A DNA stretch of 64,000 nucleotides from an uncultured Gammaproteobacteria bacterium. Lineage in GTDB: Bacteria > Pseudomonadota > Gammaproteobacteria > Arenicellales > JAANXG01. This document shows positions 10,144 to 21,236 of this stretch, in pieces. The translations under genes and the position numbers were made by a program. A model generated the notes under the pieces. That model saw nothing but the letters and a program-made list of their open reading frames with translations. It had not been told where the DNA came from and did not search any database. The number at the start of each line of letters is the position of its first letter. Within the stretch, counting starts at the first letter, position 1. The stretch covers positions 13,755 through 77,754 of the forward strand of contig CAMYNX010000001.1 of NCBI GenBank assembly GCA_947259875.1, given 5' to 3'.

Positions 10144-10622
10144 GAGTCGGCCATGGGTTCGACGTGCATGAACTTGTCCCCGGGCGGCCATTGGTCATTG
10201 GCGGGGTCCACATCGAGCACGATAAAGGTCTCGCGGGATATTCGGACGCCGATGTATTGATACATGCCATCTGCGACGCCTGCCTCGGGGCCCTCGCGGT
10301 GGGGGATTTGGGACAACTCTACCCCGACAACGACGAACGTTTCCAAGGTGTTGACAGTCGACAATTGTTGCGGGACGTACATCGACTTGTAAGCGATCAC
10401 AGCAAGCGTGTTATCAATGTAGATTCAACCGTGATAGCACAGCTTCCTAAACTGGCGCCTTATATTCCCAACATGCGGCTGCTGATTGCCGACGATCTGC
10501 ACATTGAGCCAGATCAAATCAGTATCAAGGCGACCACCACTGAAAATCTGGGCTACCTGGGAAGAGAAGAGGGCATCGCGGCACACGCGGTCGTCTTATT
10601 AGACGAAATTGTGAAGCGATGA
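10140..10622 (+). CDS. ispF: 2-C-methyl-D-erythritol 2,4-cyclodiphosphate synthase
   Basis: MRVGHGFDVH, GYSDADVLIHAICDA and ATTTENLGYLGREEGIA. 160 aa. Confidence 0.95.
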   Translation: MRVGHGFDVHELVPGRPLVIGGVHIEHDKGLAGYSDADVLIHAICDACLGALAVGDLGQLYPDNDERFQGVDSRQLLRDVHRLVSDHSKRVINVDSTVIAQLPKLAPYIPNMRLLIADDLHIEPDQISIKATTTENLGYLGREEGIAAHAVVLLDEIVKR

Positions 10623-10624
10623 TG

Positions 10625-11152
10625 TTATCTCCGTTTCAATAGGACGTATATCGCTCCGGTGCCACCGTCGAAAGATCGGGCCGTGCAGAATGCAAGTACC
10701 TCATCACGTTGTTTTAGCCAGTGATAAACCTTCTTTTTGAGTATGGATTCTTTCGCCGGTGAACGAAGCCCTTTTCCGTGAATGATTCGGACACACCGAC
10801 GATTATGAAGTCTGGCATCGCGCAGAAACTGTCCTAACGTCTCACGCGCCTGTAAAACTCTGTGTCCATGAAGGTCAAGTTCTTGCTCGACCAGATATTC
10901 GCCTCGACGTAGTTTGCGAAAAATGTTTCGCTGTACACCTCCGCGTACGAACAGAAGCTCGTCTCCATTTTCGTGTTCTTTTGGATCGAAGTCACAGTTG
11001 AGCAAGTTGCGCAAGACATCTCGTTCGTCATTGCGCGTTTGCGCAGGATATGGTGCCGGTTTTTTACGATATGGGCGAATCGTGTCTTGTTTCATGATCG
11101 TGGCACCTTCCATGGTGAGTCGAAATAGACGGTGATCAGGATGGGACACCAT
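10625..11152 (-). CDS. smrB: Smr-domain endonuclease, SmrB-like (ribosome-collision rescue nuclease family)
   Basis: C-terminal Smr domain LDLHGHRVLQARETL...IIHGKG...GGTGAIYVLLK. The N-terminus LFRLTMEGATIMKQDTI...KLRRGEY parallels E. coli SmrB (LFRQLMAGTRKIKQDTI...KLRRGDY) as recalled. Confidence 0.8.
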   Translation of the reverse strand: MVSHPDHRLFRLTMEGATIMKQDTIRPYRKKPAPYPAQTRNDERDVLRNLLNCDFDPKEHENGDELLFVRGGVQRNIFRKLRRGEYLVEQELDLHGHRVLQARETLGQFLRDARLHNRRCVRIIHGKGLRSPAKESILKKKVYHWLKQRDEVLAFCTARSFDGGTGAIYVLLKRR

Positions 11153-11154
11153 AA

Positions 11155-12129
<975 letters not shown>

Positions 12130-12357
12130 TTAACGTTGTCTATAAAGAAAAAATGGTATCCTTGCTCAAGAAGGATTGGTATAGGGTTGAACTGTTATTA
12201 ATGTTACGCAACACTTCTACCGATAGCAAAGGCTCGATATATGTGGGGTTAATGCGCGCATATTTCAAGTTTCCTATATTAGAAGTCCGGTACTTTACGA
12301 TACTGACTTACCGAACAATTATTAATTAGTACATTATCGCTCACAATACGGTTACGT

Positions 12358-14667
12358 ATGGCACAGGCACGTCGCACAAGGGTCGTTTCTTCCCCCGTCG
12401 TCCCACCTAAAATAATGAATATGCTTCGCGAAAGCGGCGTCTTCATGCTCATGGCGATCGCACTCTACTTATTGATGTCTCTCGCTAGTTACTCACCGCA
12501 AGACCCGGGGTGGTCTCATACCGGCACCAGTGATGCAATACGAAACATGGGCGGCCGGTTCGGCGCGTGGATAGCAGATTTTCTACACCATGGTTTTGGC
12601 CGGATAGCGTATTTGTTTCCGTTGATAATACTATTTGTTGGTTGGAGAATTTATCAGGCGCGGCATAGCGGAACATCCGCCAAATATCAAAAAAAGATGC
12701 TGGTTAGTATTGGATTTCTGTTGACGATGATTGGCGCATGTGGTCTCGAGTATCAACATTTTTATCATACGGCCGAAAACGTTCCGTATGTAGCCGGTGG
12801 GGTTATGGGATCGCTAGCGGCGGGTGCCTTGTCTCCCGCATTCGGAGACGTTGGAAGTACTGTATTTCTACTCACTATGTTTCTTTCCGGCGTAACATTT
12901 TTCACCGGATTATCGTGGTTCTGGCTAATGGACAAGACCGGCGAGTATGCTTTCAAACTTTTTGATATCGTTCAAAGCAAACTCGGTGCCATGATCGATC
13001 GTTCCATAGGTAAACGCGCTCGTCGGACACGACAGAATGCAGTTATGCAATTCAAGGAAAGGCTGTATAAAAAGCGGGCGCCTCGGATAGAACCGAAGAT
13101 TAAGGCACCACCTCAAAGCGGACGTCTGGAACGCGAAAAACAATCCAAGTTGTTCGAAGCAAAACCGACTTCATCGTCAGTGGTGCCACCGTTGACTTTA
13201 CTAGATCCACCCGAACCACGCGATGCAGGCTATTCCAAGCAGACTTTGGAGGCAATGTCCAGATTGGTGGAAAAAAAGCTAGCTGATTTCAGTATCGATG
13301 TCGAAGTAGTTGCGGTTCATCCTGGGCCGGTCATTACCCGTTTTGAAATCGAACCTGCGCGAGGGATTAAGTCGAGCCAGATAGGTGGACTTTCAAAAGA
13401 TATTGCACGAGCGCTTTCCGTCGTCAGCGTGCGTGTGGTCGACAACATACCAGGGAAATCCGTTATCGGTCTTGAAGTTCCTAATGAAATTCGGGAAACA
13501 GTAGCGTTAGTCGAAGGTTTGTCGGCGCGCCCGTACGAAGAAGCAAATACTCCCTTAGCGCTTATGTTAGGTAAAGATATTGGCGGTGCGCCAGTTATCA
13601 CGGACCTTTGTAAAATGCCTCATTTGTTGATTGCAGGGACCACGGGGTCAGGCAAGTCCGTGTGCATCAATGCACTCACGTTGAGTATTATCTATAAATC
13701 CTCGCCGCAAGACGTCCGGTTGATAATGGTGGATCCAAAGATGCTCGAGCTTTCGGTTTATGACGGGATTCCACATCTGTTGGCTCCGGTTGTTACTGAC
13801 ATGAAGGAAGCTGCTAACGCTTTACGTTGGTGTATCGTTGAGATGGATCGTCGTTACCGTCTCATGGCTGCGATGGGTGTAAGAAACATTGCCGGATTCA
13901 ACCGTAAAGTGCGAACCAGTAATGCGGAAGGCAAGCCAATCTTAGATCCGTTAATGAGCGAACTGGAACAAGACCCTGAGCCGTTGTCGCCACTTCCATT
14001 TATCGTAGTTATCATAGACGAACTGGCCGATTTGATGTTGGTTGTGGGCAAGCAAGTCGAACAATTAATAACACGTCTGGCTCAAAAGGGCCGTGCCTCC
14101 GGCATCCATCTGATACTCGCGACTCAACGACCGTCGGTTGATGTGATCACTGGCCTGATCAAGGCGAATATTCCGTCACGAATTGCTTTCCAGGTGTCCG
14201 CGCGAGTGGATTCTAGAACCGTGCTTGATCAAATTGGTGCTGATCAATTGTTGGGTTATGGCGATATGCTTTATCTTCCGCCAGGTACGAGCACGCCGAT
14301 CCGCGTGCATGGTAGCTTCGTGTCCGATCAAGAAATCCATCGCGTGGTAGAGTATCTGAAACGGGCGGGCGAGCCGCAATATAACGATCAAGTATTGACT
14401 GGGGCATCCGACTCATCAGCTATCATGTCATCAGGCATGGCGCAGGAAAACAATGGTAGCGCGGAAGATGATCCGCTTTACGATCAGGCGCTACGATTGG
14501 TCACAGAAACACGGCGTGCTTCGATTTCTGCTGTTCAGAGACAGCTGCGAGTGGGATACAACCGCGCGGCGCGGATGATCGAGACAATGGAACAGGCCGG
14601 TGTGGTCGGTCCGTTGCAGTCTAACGGTAAACGTGAGGTGTTAGCACCGCCACCGCCGAGTACTTGA
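12358..14667 (+). CDS. ftsK: DNA translocase FtsK
   Basis: N-terminal membrane helices and a basic linker. Motor domain with Walker A AGTTGSGKS and Walker B VVIIDELADLM. C-terminal gamma (KOPS-reading) domain ISAVQRQLRVGYNRAARMIE. Confidence 0.95.
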   Translation: MAQARRTRVVSSPVVPPKIMNMLRESGVFMLMAIALYLLMSLASYSPQDPGWSHTGTSDAIRNMGGRFGAWIADFLHHGFGRIAYLFPLIILFVGWRIYQARHSGTSAKYQKKMLVSIGFLLTMIGACGLEYQHFYHTAENVPYVAGGVMGSLAAGALSPAFGDVGSTVFLLTMFLSGVTFFTGLSWFWLMDKTGEYAFKLFDIVQSKLGAMIDRSIGKRARRTRQNAVMQFKERLYKKRAPRIEPKIKAPPQSGRLEREKQSKLFEAKPTSSSVVPPLTLLDPPEPRDAGYSKQTLEAMSRLVEKKLADFSIDVEVVAVHPGPVITRFEIEPARGIKSSQIGGLSKDIARALSVVSVRVVDNIPGKSVIGLEVPNEIRETVALVEGLSARPYEEANTPLALMLGKDIGGAPVITDLCKMPHLLIAGTTGSGKSVCINALTLSIIYKSSPQDVRLIMVDPKMLELSVYDGIPHLLAPVVTDMKEAANALRWCIVEMDRRYRLMAAMGVRNIAGFNRKVRTSNAEGKPILDPLMSELEQDPEPLSPLPFIVVIIDELADLMLVVGKQVEQLITRLAQKGRASGIHLILATQRPSVDVITGLIKANIPSRIAFQVSARVDSRTVLDQIGADQLLGYGDMLYLPPGTSTPIRVHGSFVSDQEIHRVVEYLKRAGEPQYNDQVLTGASDSSAIMSSGMAQENNGSAEDDPLYDQALRLVTETRRASISAVQRQLRVGYNRAARMIETMEQAGVVGPLQSNGKREVLAPPPPST

Positions 14668-15305
14668 TGCTGATGAAGCCCGTTGTCCCAGCACTGTTTC
14701 TTGCTGCCATCATTTGGTCGTCGCCTGCCGCGCCGGGATCCAAGGGTGTGGATAGTCTTGATCGATTTTTCCGTGAGGTTGGGACGTTTGCTGCTCGTTT
14801 TGAACAAATCGTCCTTGACGAGGGACTTAATCAAATCGAAGAAAGCGTCGGTCGGATGACAATAAAACGTCCAGGACGTTTCCGATGGGACTACGACCCC
14901 CCATTGGAACAAAAAATTATTAGTGATGGTGATAAGGTTTGGATTCACGATATAGACTTAGAACAAGTCACCGTGCGTCCGTTGGTGGACATATTGGGAA
15001 AGACACCGGCCGCGATACTGGCGGGAAAAGGAAATATTTCTGAAAATTATTTAGTCACTGATTTGGGAAACTACGGTAAGCTTTCCTGGGTTGGTATGCA
15101 ATCTAAACAAGAAGACAGTGCGTTCTCCGACATGCGAATTGGATTTGAAAATGGAAATCTTCGCGTTTTGGAACTTGTCGACAATCTTGGGCAGACCACT
15201 CGTATAACGTTCTTGGAATCCGTAGAAAATCCTCTTGTGTCTGATGAAAGTTTCGCGTTTGTGCCTCCTCGCGGTGTTGACGTAATCGATCAAACTAAGA
15301 ATTAA
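14664..15305 (+). CDS. lolA: Outer-membrane lipoprotein carrier protein LolA
   Basis: Signal peptide, then FAARFEQ...PGRFRWDY...DGDKVWIHD, which is typical of LolA. It sits directly after ftsK as in E. coli, with an ATGA overlap. Confidence 0.88.
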   Translation: MMLMKPVVPALFLAAIIWSSPAAPGSKGVDSLDRFFREVGTFAARFEQIVLDEGLNQIEESVGRMTIKRPGRFRWDYDPPLEQKIISDGDKVWIHDIDLEQVTVRPLVDILGKTPAAILAGKGNISENYLVTDLGNYGKLSWVGMQSKQEDSAFSDMRIGFENGNLRVLELVDNLGQTTRITFLESVENPLVSDESFAFVPPRGVDVIDQTKN

Positions 15306-15342
15306 AAATAATATTTTTACGATCGTTTTGCTCGAAAGTTGA

Positions 15343-15717
15343 ATGAATAATTTGCTTGCGATCGCTGGCGCTGGCGCTATCGGTGCGGTCTTGCGCTACC
15401 TTGTCGCGTCTGGGGTCTATGAAATATTAGGCCGAGAATTTCCGTACGGAACATTAATAGTCAATCTGATTGGATCCTTTTTGATTGGTTATCTATTCGT
15501 GTGGTTTTTGGATAGATCAGTGGCATCCGAGACCTGGCGCTTGGCAGTGTTAGTCGGTTTGCTAGGAAGCTTTACAACATTTTCGAGCTTTTCTTTAGAG
15601 ACCTATAACCTGGTGATTACAGGTTATTATGGCCGCGCGGCGGCGAACATAGTTTTTAGTGTATCCCTATGTCTACTCGGAACATGGATCGGTATTAGTC
15701 TTGCGCGGCATGTGTAA
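15343..15717 (+). CDS. crcB: Fluoride ion channel CrcB/FluC
   Basis: 124 aa with 4 TM segments. Motifs GAVLRY, GTLIVNLIGSF and GLLGSFTTFSSF. Confidence 0.92.
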   Translation: MNNLLAIAGAGAIGAVLRYLVASGVYEILGREFPYGTLIVNLIGSFLIGYLFVWFLDRSVASETWRLAVLVGLLGSFTTFSSFSLETYNLVITGYYGRAAANIVFSVSLCLLGTWIGISLARHV

Positions 15718-15723
15718 CGGTTT

Positions 15724-16029
15724 ATGAAAACTTCGCTCGTCACCTTTGTTCGAATCTACCTAACCGAAGGAGAAAGACAACTCGACTCGTTGTTGAAGCG
15801 GCTTCACGACGTTGAGAAAGTCAGAGGTGTTACGGTGTTTCGTGGCGTGTCGGGATTCGGAAAATCAGGCAAAGTGCATTCTTCGCACCTTTTGGATTTG
15901 TCGAGTGATCTACCTTTGGTGGTGGAGTTTTTTGACCAGCCAAGTAAAATCGAGATGATTTTGTCTCACCTCAAAGACGATTTTGACAGCGGTCACGTGG
16001 TTCAGTGGCCGGCAAATGTCAACATATAG
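15724..16029 (+). CDS. DUF190 (UPF0166) domain protein, crcB-associated
   Basis: 101 aa. VRIYLTEGER...GVTVFRGVSGFGKSG...DLPLVVEFFD matches the DUF190 pattern. It starts 7 nt after the crcB stop. Confidence 0.8.
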   Translation: MKTSLVTFVRIYLTEGERQLDSLLKRLHDVEKVRGVTVFRGVSGFGKSGKVHSSHLLDLSSDLPLVVEFFDQPSKIEMILSHLKDDFDSGHVVQWPANVNI

Positions 16030-16041
16030 ATGGCGATATAG

Positions 16042-17322
<1,281 letters not shown>

Positions 17323-17521
17323 TAATGCTGTTTCAAAAGCTTACATCTAAGCTATTGGTTGGGGTATGGCGATGGGGCGGCGGGACGCCAGCGCTCGAAG
17401 CCGAGCTTTGTGTACGAGTAACACTTAGCTGTACAATGCCTACGGGGACGGTAAGTAGCACCTAAACAATTCAATAACAATCTGAGAAATATAAGACTAC
17501 CGGCGATGTCCAATTAACGGC

Positions 17522-18919
17522 ATGAAGAGCTTTTCGAGGTCTACGATGAACAGAAGAACACTCCTGGGGATCCTGATATCGATTGCTACACTACCATGTG
17601 TGGTCCAGGCGGAATTTGGCACCGATATTCACGTTCAATCCGATAGCGACCCAATTCGTCTGGACATTGATCGAAGGACTTTTGACGAAATCAAATCGTT
17701 TTTGAAGCAAGGCTATCCCACGGTATCGGTGATGCTGCATGCTGTTTCGTTGGGCATGTCCATTAACGATGTTGTTTATCTTGCAGTCAAATCCAATCCC
17801 CAACGTGCAAAGGAACTCTATGATACCGCGGTGTCATTGTTACCCTCGTTGCCAGGCTGGGCTATACAGGATGAGGACAGTTCAGATCGCTACTATACCA
17901 ATTACACTGCAAGTGAACTCGGTGCGCAATCTACGGTTACCGAGGTGGCGCGGCGCTTTTTCGAAGAGAGCATGCGTCTTGCCCCATTTCCGGAATGGTA
18001 TGCCGGCGGTTATCACATCAAGGTATCGACCGATGAGTTAGCGGGGCTACTCAAGGATAGTTGGTGGTACCGGCAGGGAAACTTACAACCCAACTCCCCG
18101 CGCAGTGCTCCGAATCGTCCAATCTTTATTTCCCTATATGGGGACCGCAATGAAATTGTGATCGATAGCGGTACTGAGCGCATACGTAATGCACAGCAAA
18201 AGGGAGTGCGTGAGCTACCCGTGGTGTTTGTATACAATGACATGCGCACTCGGCCGATCAGCCGCTACAGCGCCGATGTCAAGGTCAAGGGAATCGTCGA
18301 TGATTTCTTCAACCGTGGACTCAAGCTCACCTCCGTCCCGGAATGGCGGCAGGTGGGTGATCATCACATGCTCGCTCCCGTCGCAGAGCTCATGGAACTG
18401 CTCGATACAATAGACAAAAAAGACGTTGACCCGGCCAGATGGTCAGCAATTACCCAGGATATCAGGAACAATGGTTTCAACGCACCACTGTTGGTTTCGT
18501 TACTCAATTCTGGAGACGGACGGATATGGGTCAACCAACCGGATCGCATTACCGCTGCGGCTGAGCTTGGTGTCGGCCAGGTACCGGTGGTGTTTTTGTA
18601 TCACGATCTCGGTCGGCCGCCCTGTGGTCAGCCGATTCGAACAACGGCGCTGATTTGTTCGGCCGCGCTTGCAGCGGGCGCCGATCCAACGATTTGCCAA
18701 CTTCCACCGGGCGCACGTGTGCCAGCACCAGGCTATGTTACGCCCGGTGGCGGCGCAGGTTTTCCGCCGCCGCCACCACCACCCTTACCACCGACGACCA
18801 CGGTGCCGCCACCAACGACAACGATCCCGCCACCGACGACCACGGTGCCGCCACCGCCGACGACAACAATACCACCGCCACCGCCACCCTCGCCAGTGTT
18901 GCCAGGAGGTAACCCTTAG
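17522..18919 (+). CDS. Secreted protein of unknown function: two homologous internal domains plus a C-terminal Pro/Thr-rich low-complexity tail
   Basis: Signal peptide with a twin arginine (MNRRTLLGILISIATLPCVVQA|EF). Internal duplication: aa 144-240 (RRFFEES..PFPEWY..RPIFISLYGD..ELPVVFVYND) versus aa 260-361 (DDFFNRG..SVPEWR..APLLVSLLNSGD..QVPVVFLYHD). The tail is FPPPPPPPLPPTTTVPPPTTTIPPPTTTVPPPPTTTIPPPPPPSP. I recognise no named family. Confidence 0.75.
   Translation: MKSFSRSTMNRRTLLGILISIATLPCVVQAEFGTDIHVQSDSDPIRLDIDRRTFDEIKSFLKQGYPTVSVMLHAVSLGMSINDVVYLAVKSNPQRAKELYDTAVSLLPSLPGWAIQDEDSSDRYYTNYTASELGAQSTVTEVARRFFEESMRLAPFPEWYAGGYHIKVSTDELAGLLKDSWWYRQGNLQPNSPRSAPNRPIFISLYGDRNEIVIDSGTERIRNAQQKGVRELPVVFVYNDMRTRPISRYSADVKVKGIVDDFFNRGLKLTSVPEWRQVGDHHMLAPVAELMELLDTIDKKDVDPARWSAITQDIRNNGFNAPLLVSLLNSGDGRIWVNQPDRITAAAELGVGQVPVVFLYHDLGRPPCGQPIRTTALICSAALAAGADPTICQLPPGARVPAPGYVTPGGGAGFPPPPPPPLPPTTTVPPPTTTIPPPTTTVPPPPTTTIPPPPPPSPVLPGGNP
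18788..18874 (+). repeat. Imperfect in-frame tandem duplication (42 nt + 45 nt) encoding PPTTTVPPPTTTIP-type units
   Basis: The string ccaccgacgaccacggtgccgccacc occurs at 18788 and again at 18830. The units are 42 nt and 45 nt, both multiples of 3, and lie inside the Pro/Thr tail of the 17522..18919 CDS. Confidence 0.85.
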
Positions 18920-18928
18920 GGGCGGACA

Positions 18929-20275
18929 ATGGTGAATCAACAGCGACAACCGGACCACAGCCAACGACGTGACCGGGATTACATTTTGTTGACCCGCCTT
19001 GCGGCGGGTATATCGGCAGCGTTACTAGCGATACCCGGCGCGACTCAGGAAAATGTTTTGGATACACAGGCTCTCCCCGACCAGCAACTGTTGTTTGGCG
19101 TGTCGCCAGCGGCTCAGACGAAGCAGTTGTTAAAGCCGCTGCCTGATGCGTTGCTCGAGGAGTTACTTGGATTGTATGCAGCACTTGGTGTTGGCGCGAA
19201 ATACCACACCAACGTCAGACGTACCCCCGATAATGAAATAAGCGATACCGCATTTGTGATCCAGCCGGAGCTTGCCTATCAAAATGATTTCGGTGGCCGA
19301 CACACAGGTGAAATCATCTATGCGGCAAGTATCGTGCGGCATAATGATCTCGATAATGAAGACACGACCAACCAAAGCCTGAATGGTGCCTTGCGTTTTG
19401 ACCTGACCCCGATACTCGATGTACGTGTGTTCGGACAATACAACGACGGTTTCGAGGAGCGCGGTGCATCTGGGTCCAGGACATTCATCGATAATGAACC
19501 AGACGAAATCGAGACCGTCACTTACGGTGGCGAAGTCATCTTTGGCCGTACGACGCAGAAATTTCAAGTTTCAGTGGGCGCCAGCAAATCTGAATCGAGA
19601 TATCAGAACAATAATCAGGAATTTCGCGATCGTGATTATGAACGTGTTCACGGGATATTGTTTTACAACGTCGCACCGAAGACCCATTTGTTTTTAGAGA
19701 CTAATCACACCGAGATTGATTACCCGCGACAATTCAGAAATCTAAATAGTGAAGAAGATTCCTATTATGCCGGTGTACGTTGGCGTGCATCGGAAATGAT
19801 AGAGGCGCTAGCCAAGGTTGGGCGCCTCGAAAAGGACATGGCCGATCCGGCCGTGCAAGACTTCGATGGCACGAGCTATTTGGGGAGATTCGTTTGGAGA
19901 CCGAAACCCTATAGCCGATTCGAGCTTTATGGGTCCCGAACCACCGAGGAAACTGCGCAGCAGGAATTTGATGCATCGGGGCCTGGCTTTTTTGTCAGCG
20001 AATTGATCGGTTTGAACTGGACACACGATTTTACTTCGACGTGGCAAGCATACGCATATTTTAATCACATCGATGATGATCATCCGGATGATCGACTAGA
20101 TACGATCAAAGACTACGGTGTCGGGCTCACCTACAGAATAAACAACTGGTTAAACGTATCTGCGCAGTATGGCGAAGTGGAGCGAGACTCCAACGAACCC
20201 ACGGTCGAGTATGAAGACCAGATAACATCGCTCTTTTTACGGGGCGATTTTAAAATGGGCACTGGGGCTCACTAG
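18929..20275 (+). CDS. Predicted outer-membrane beta-barrel protein of polysaccharide-export loci
   Basis: Signal-like segment LLTRLAAGISAALLAIPGATQ; the true start may be an internal TTG. Alternating-hydrophobic strands run throughout. The C-terminal barrel-closing region YGVGLTYRINNWLNVSAQY...ITSLFLRGDF (barrel-type aromatic, 9 residues before the stop) is present. It starts 9 nt after the preceding gene and lies just upstream of the OPX gene. Confidence 0.7.
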   Translation: MVNQQRQPDHSQRRDRDYILLTRLAAGISAALLAIPGATQENVLDTQALPDQQLLFGVSPAAQTKQLLKPLPDALLEELLGLYAALGVGAKYHTNVRRTPDNEISDTAFVIQPELAYQNDFGGRHTGEIIYAASIVRHNDLDNEDTTNQSLNGALRFDLTPILDVRVFGQYNDGFEERGASGSRTFIDNEPDEIETVTYGGEVIFGRTTQKFQVSVGASKSESRYQNNNQEFRDRDYERVHGILFYNVAPKTHLFLETNHTEIDYPRQFRNLNSEEDSYYAGVRWRASEMIEALAKVGRLEKDMADPAVQDFDGTSYLGRFVWRPKPYSRFELYGSRTTEETAQQEFDASGPGFFVSELIGLNWTHDFTSTWQAYAYFNHIDDDHPDDRLDTIKDYGVGLTYRINNWLNVSAQYGEVERDSNEPTVEYEDQITSLFLRGDFKMGTGAH

Positions 20276-20330
20276 AATGGTCCCTGGGCAGTGGGACTCA
20301 GATTAGTTTATCTTTACATCCCACATCATT

Positions 20331-21236
20331 ATGTATAAGTGGCTAGTATTATTGAGTGGGCTGACGTCAAGTTTTTCGGTGGTTACCAGCCTGCAAGCCG
20401 GCAATCTAGATGTTCCCTTCGATTTAGAATACCGGGTAGACGGACAAGTACAATCCGTCGCCGTCACCAAGCACCCCACCGCTGCTATTACGTCGAGCAT
20501 GATTGTAAGAGCGGCACCCGGCGCACACCGGGCCCTACGGGAATATCTGATCTCGCCGGGTGATATCATATCTGTAAGGGTGTTTGGTGAACCGGACTTG
20601 AGTTTGAGCAGCGTTAGAGTGCCAACTGACGGCCTTATCTCCTATCCGTTGCTCGGTCAGATTCGCATCAATGACCATACCGTGCGATCTCTCGAGCAAC
20701 GACTGACAGCGTTGTTAGGTAATGGCTTCTTGCGAAAACCTAAGGTGTCTGTGTCAATCGTCGAATATCGTCCGATATTTGTAAAAGGTGGTGTTAATTC
20801 GCCGGGCGCCCATGATTACGCGGAAGGACTGACCGTGGAAAAAGCGCTTGCGTTAGCCGGTGGTATGTCGAAGGAGGGAAGAGTGGAAGGTATCACTGTG
20901 CTCCGGGACAACGGTCGGTCCCAGGTCGTAAGCCTTGAATACTGGATATTGCCAGGCGACGTCATATCGATTCCCGAAGTGACCGAGATTGACATCAAGG
21001 AGTTCATTTATTTGCACGGCGAAGTAAAGAGCCCGGGAAGTTACGAATACAGAAAAGGTTTGACGGTCGAAAAGGCATTAGCGTTAGCCGGTGGTTTTAG
21101 CAATCGTGCCTCAAAACGAAAAATCCAGATATCTCGCGAAAGCGAAGGCGGTGATTTTGTTCGGCTAAAAAAGGTGGGACTGCATTTCACGGTCAAACCC
21201 GGCGATGTTATTACAGTGGGAGCAAGTTTGTTTTAG
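20331..21236 (+). CDS. Short periplasmic OPX (Wza-like polysaccharide export) protein
   Basis: Poly_export-type motif YLISPGDIISVRVFGEPDLS...DGLISYPLLGQI. Two SLBB-like repeats each contain GLTVEKALALAGG (aa 166-178 and 243-255). The signal peptide has no lipobox Cys. The protein ends right after the second repeat, so there is no Wza-type C-terminal OM helix. Confidence 0.88.
   Translation: MYKWLVLLSGLTSSFSVVTSLQAGNLDVPFDLEYRVDGQVQSVAVTKHPTAAITSSMIVRAAPGAHRALREYLISPGDIISVRVFGEPDLSLSSVRVPTDGLISYPLLGQIRINDHTVRSLEQRLTALLGNGFLRKPKVSVSIVEYRPIFVKGGVNSPGAHDYAEGLTVEKALALAGGMSKEGRVEGITVLRDNGRSQVVSLEYWILPGDVISIPEVTEIDIKEFIYLHGEVKSPGSYEYRKGLTVEKALALAGGFSNRASKRKIQISRESEGGDFVRLKKVGLHFTVKPGDVITVGASLF

Noticed and set aside
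15306-15342. Possible fluoride riboswitch upstream of crcB
   Set aside because: Only 37 nt are available. The sequence (aaaataatatttttacgatcgttttgctcgaaagttga) shows none of the conserved crcB-motif elements.
17444-17460. ops/JUMPstart-like element (GGCGGTAG) ahead of the island
   Set aside because: The closest strings are ggggacggtaagtagca on the + strand, which has an insertion, and GCCGGTAG on the wrong strand near 17500. Neither matches the 8-nt core, so RfaH-type antitermination cannot be claimed.
18655-19184. Alternative-frame and antisense ORFs across the Pro/Thr repeat (85, 88 and 148 aa)
   Set aside because: These are frame-shifted readings of CCN/ACN repeats, giving Arg/His- or Ala/Val-rich nonsense. 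The sense frame has a signal peptide, a domain duplication and continuity with the upstream sequence.
20826-21095. Repeated peptide GLTVEKALALAGG (20826-20864 and 21057-21095), considered as a recent DNA repeat
   Set aside because: The two 39-nt stretches differ at many synonymous positions. This reflects the ancient SLBB domain duplication of OPX proteins, not a recent repeat or recombination substrate.
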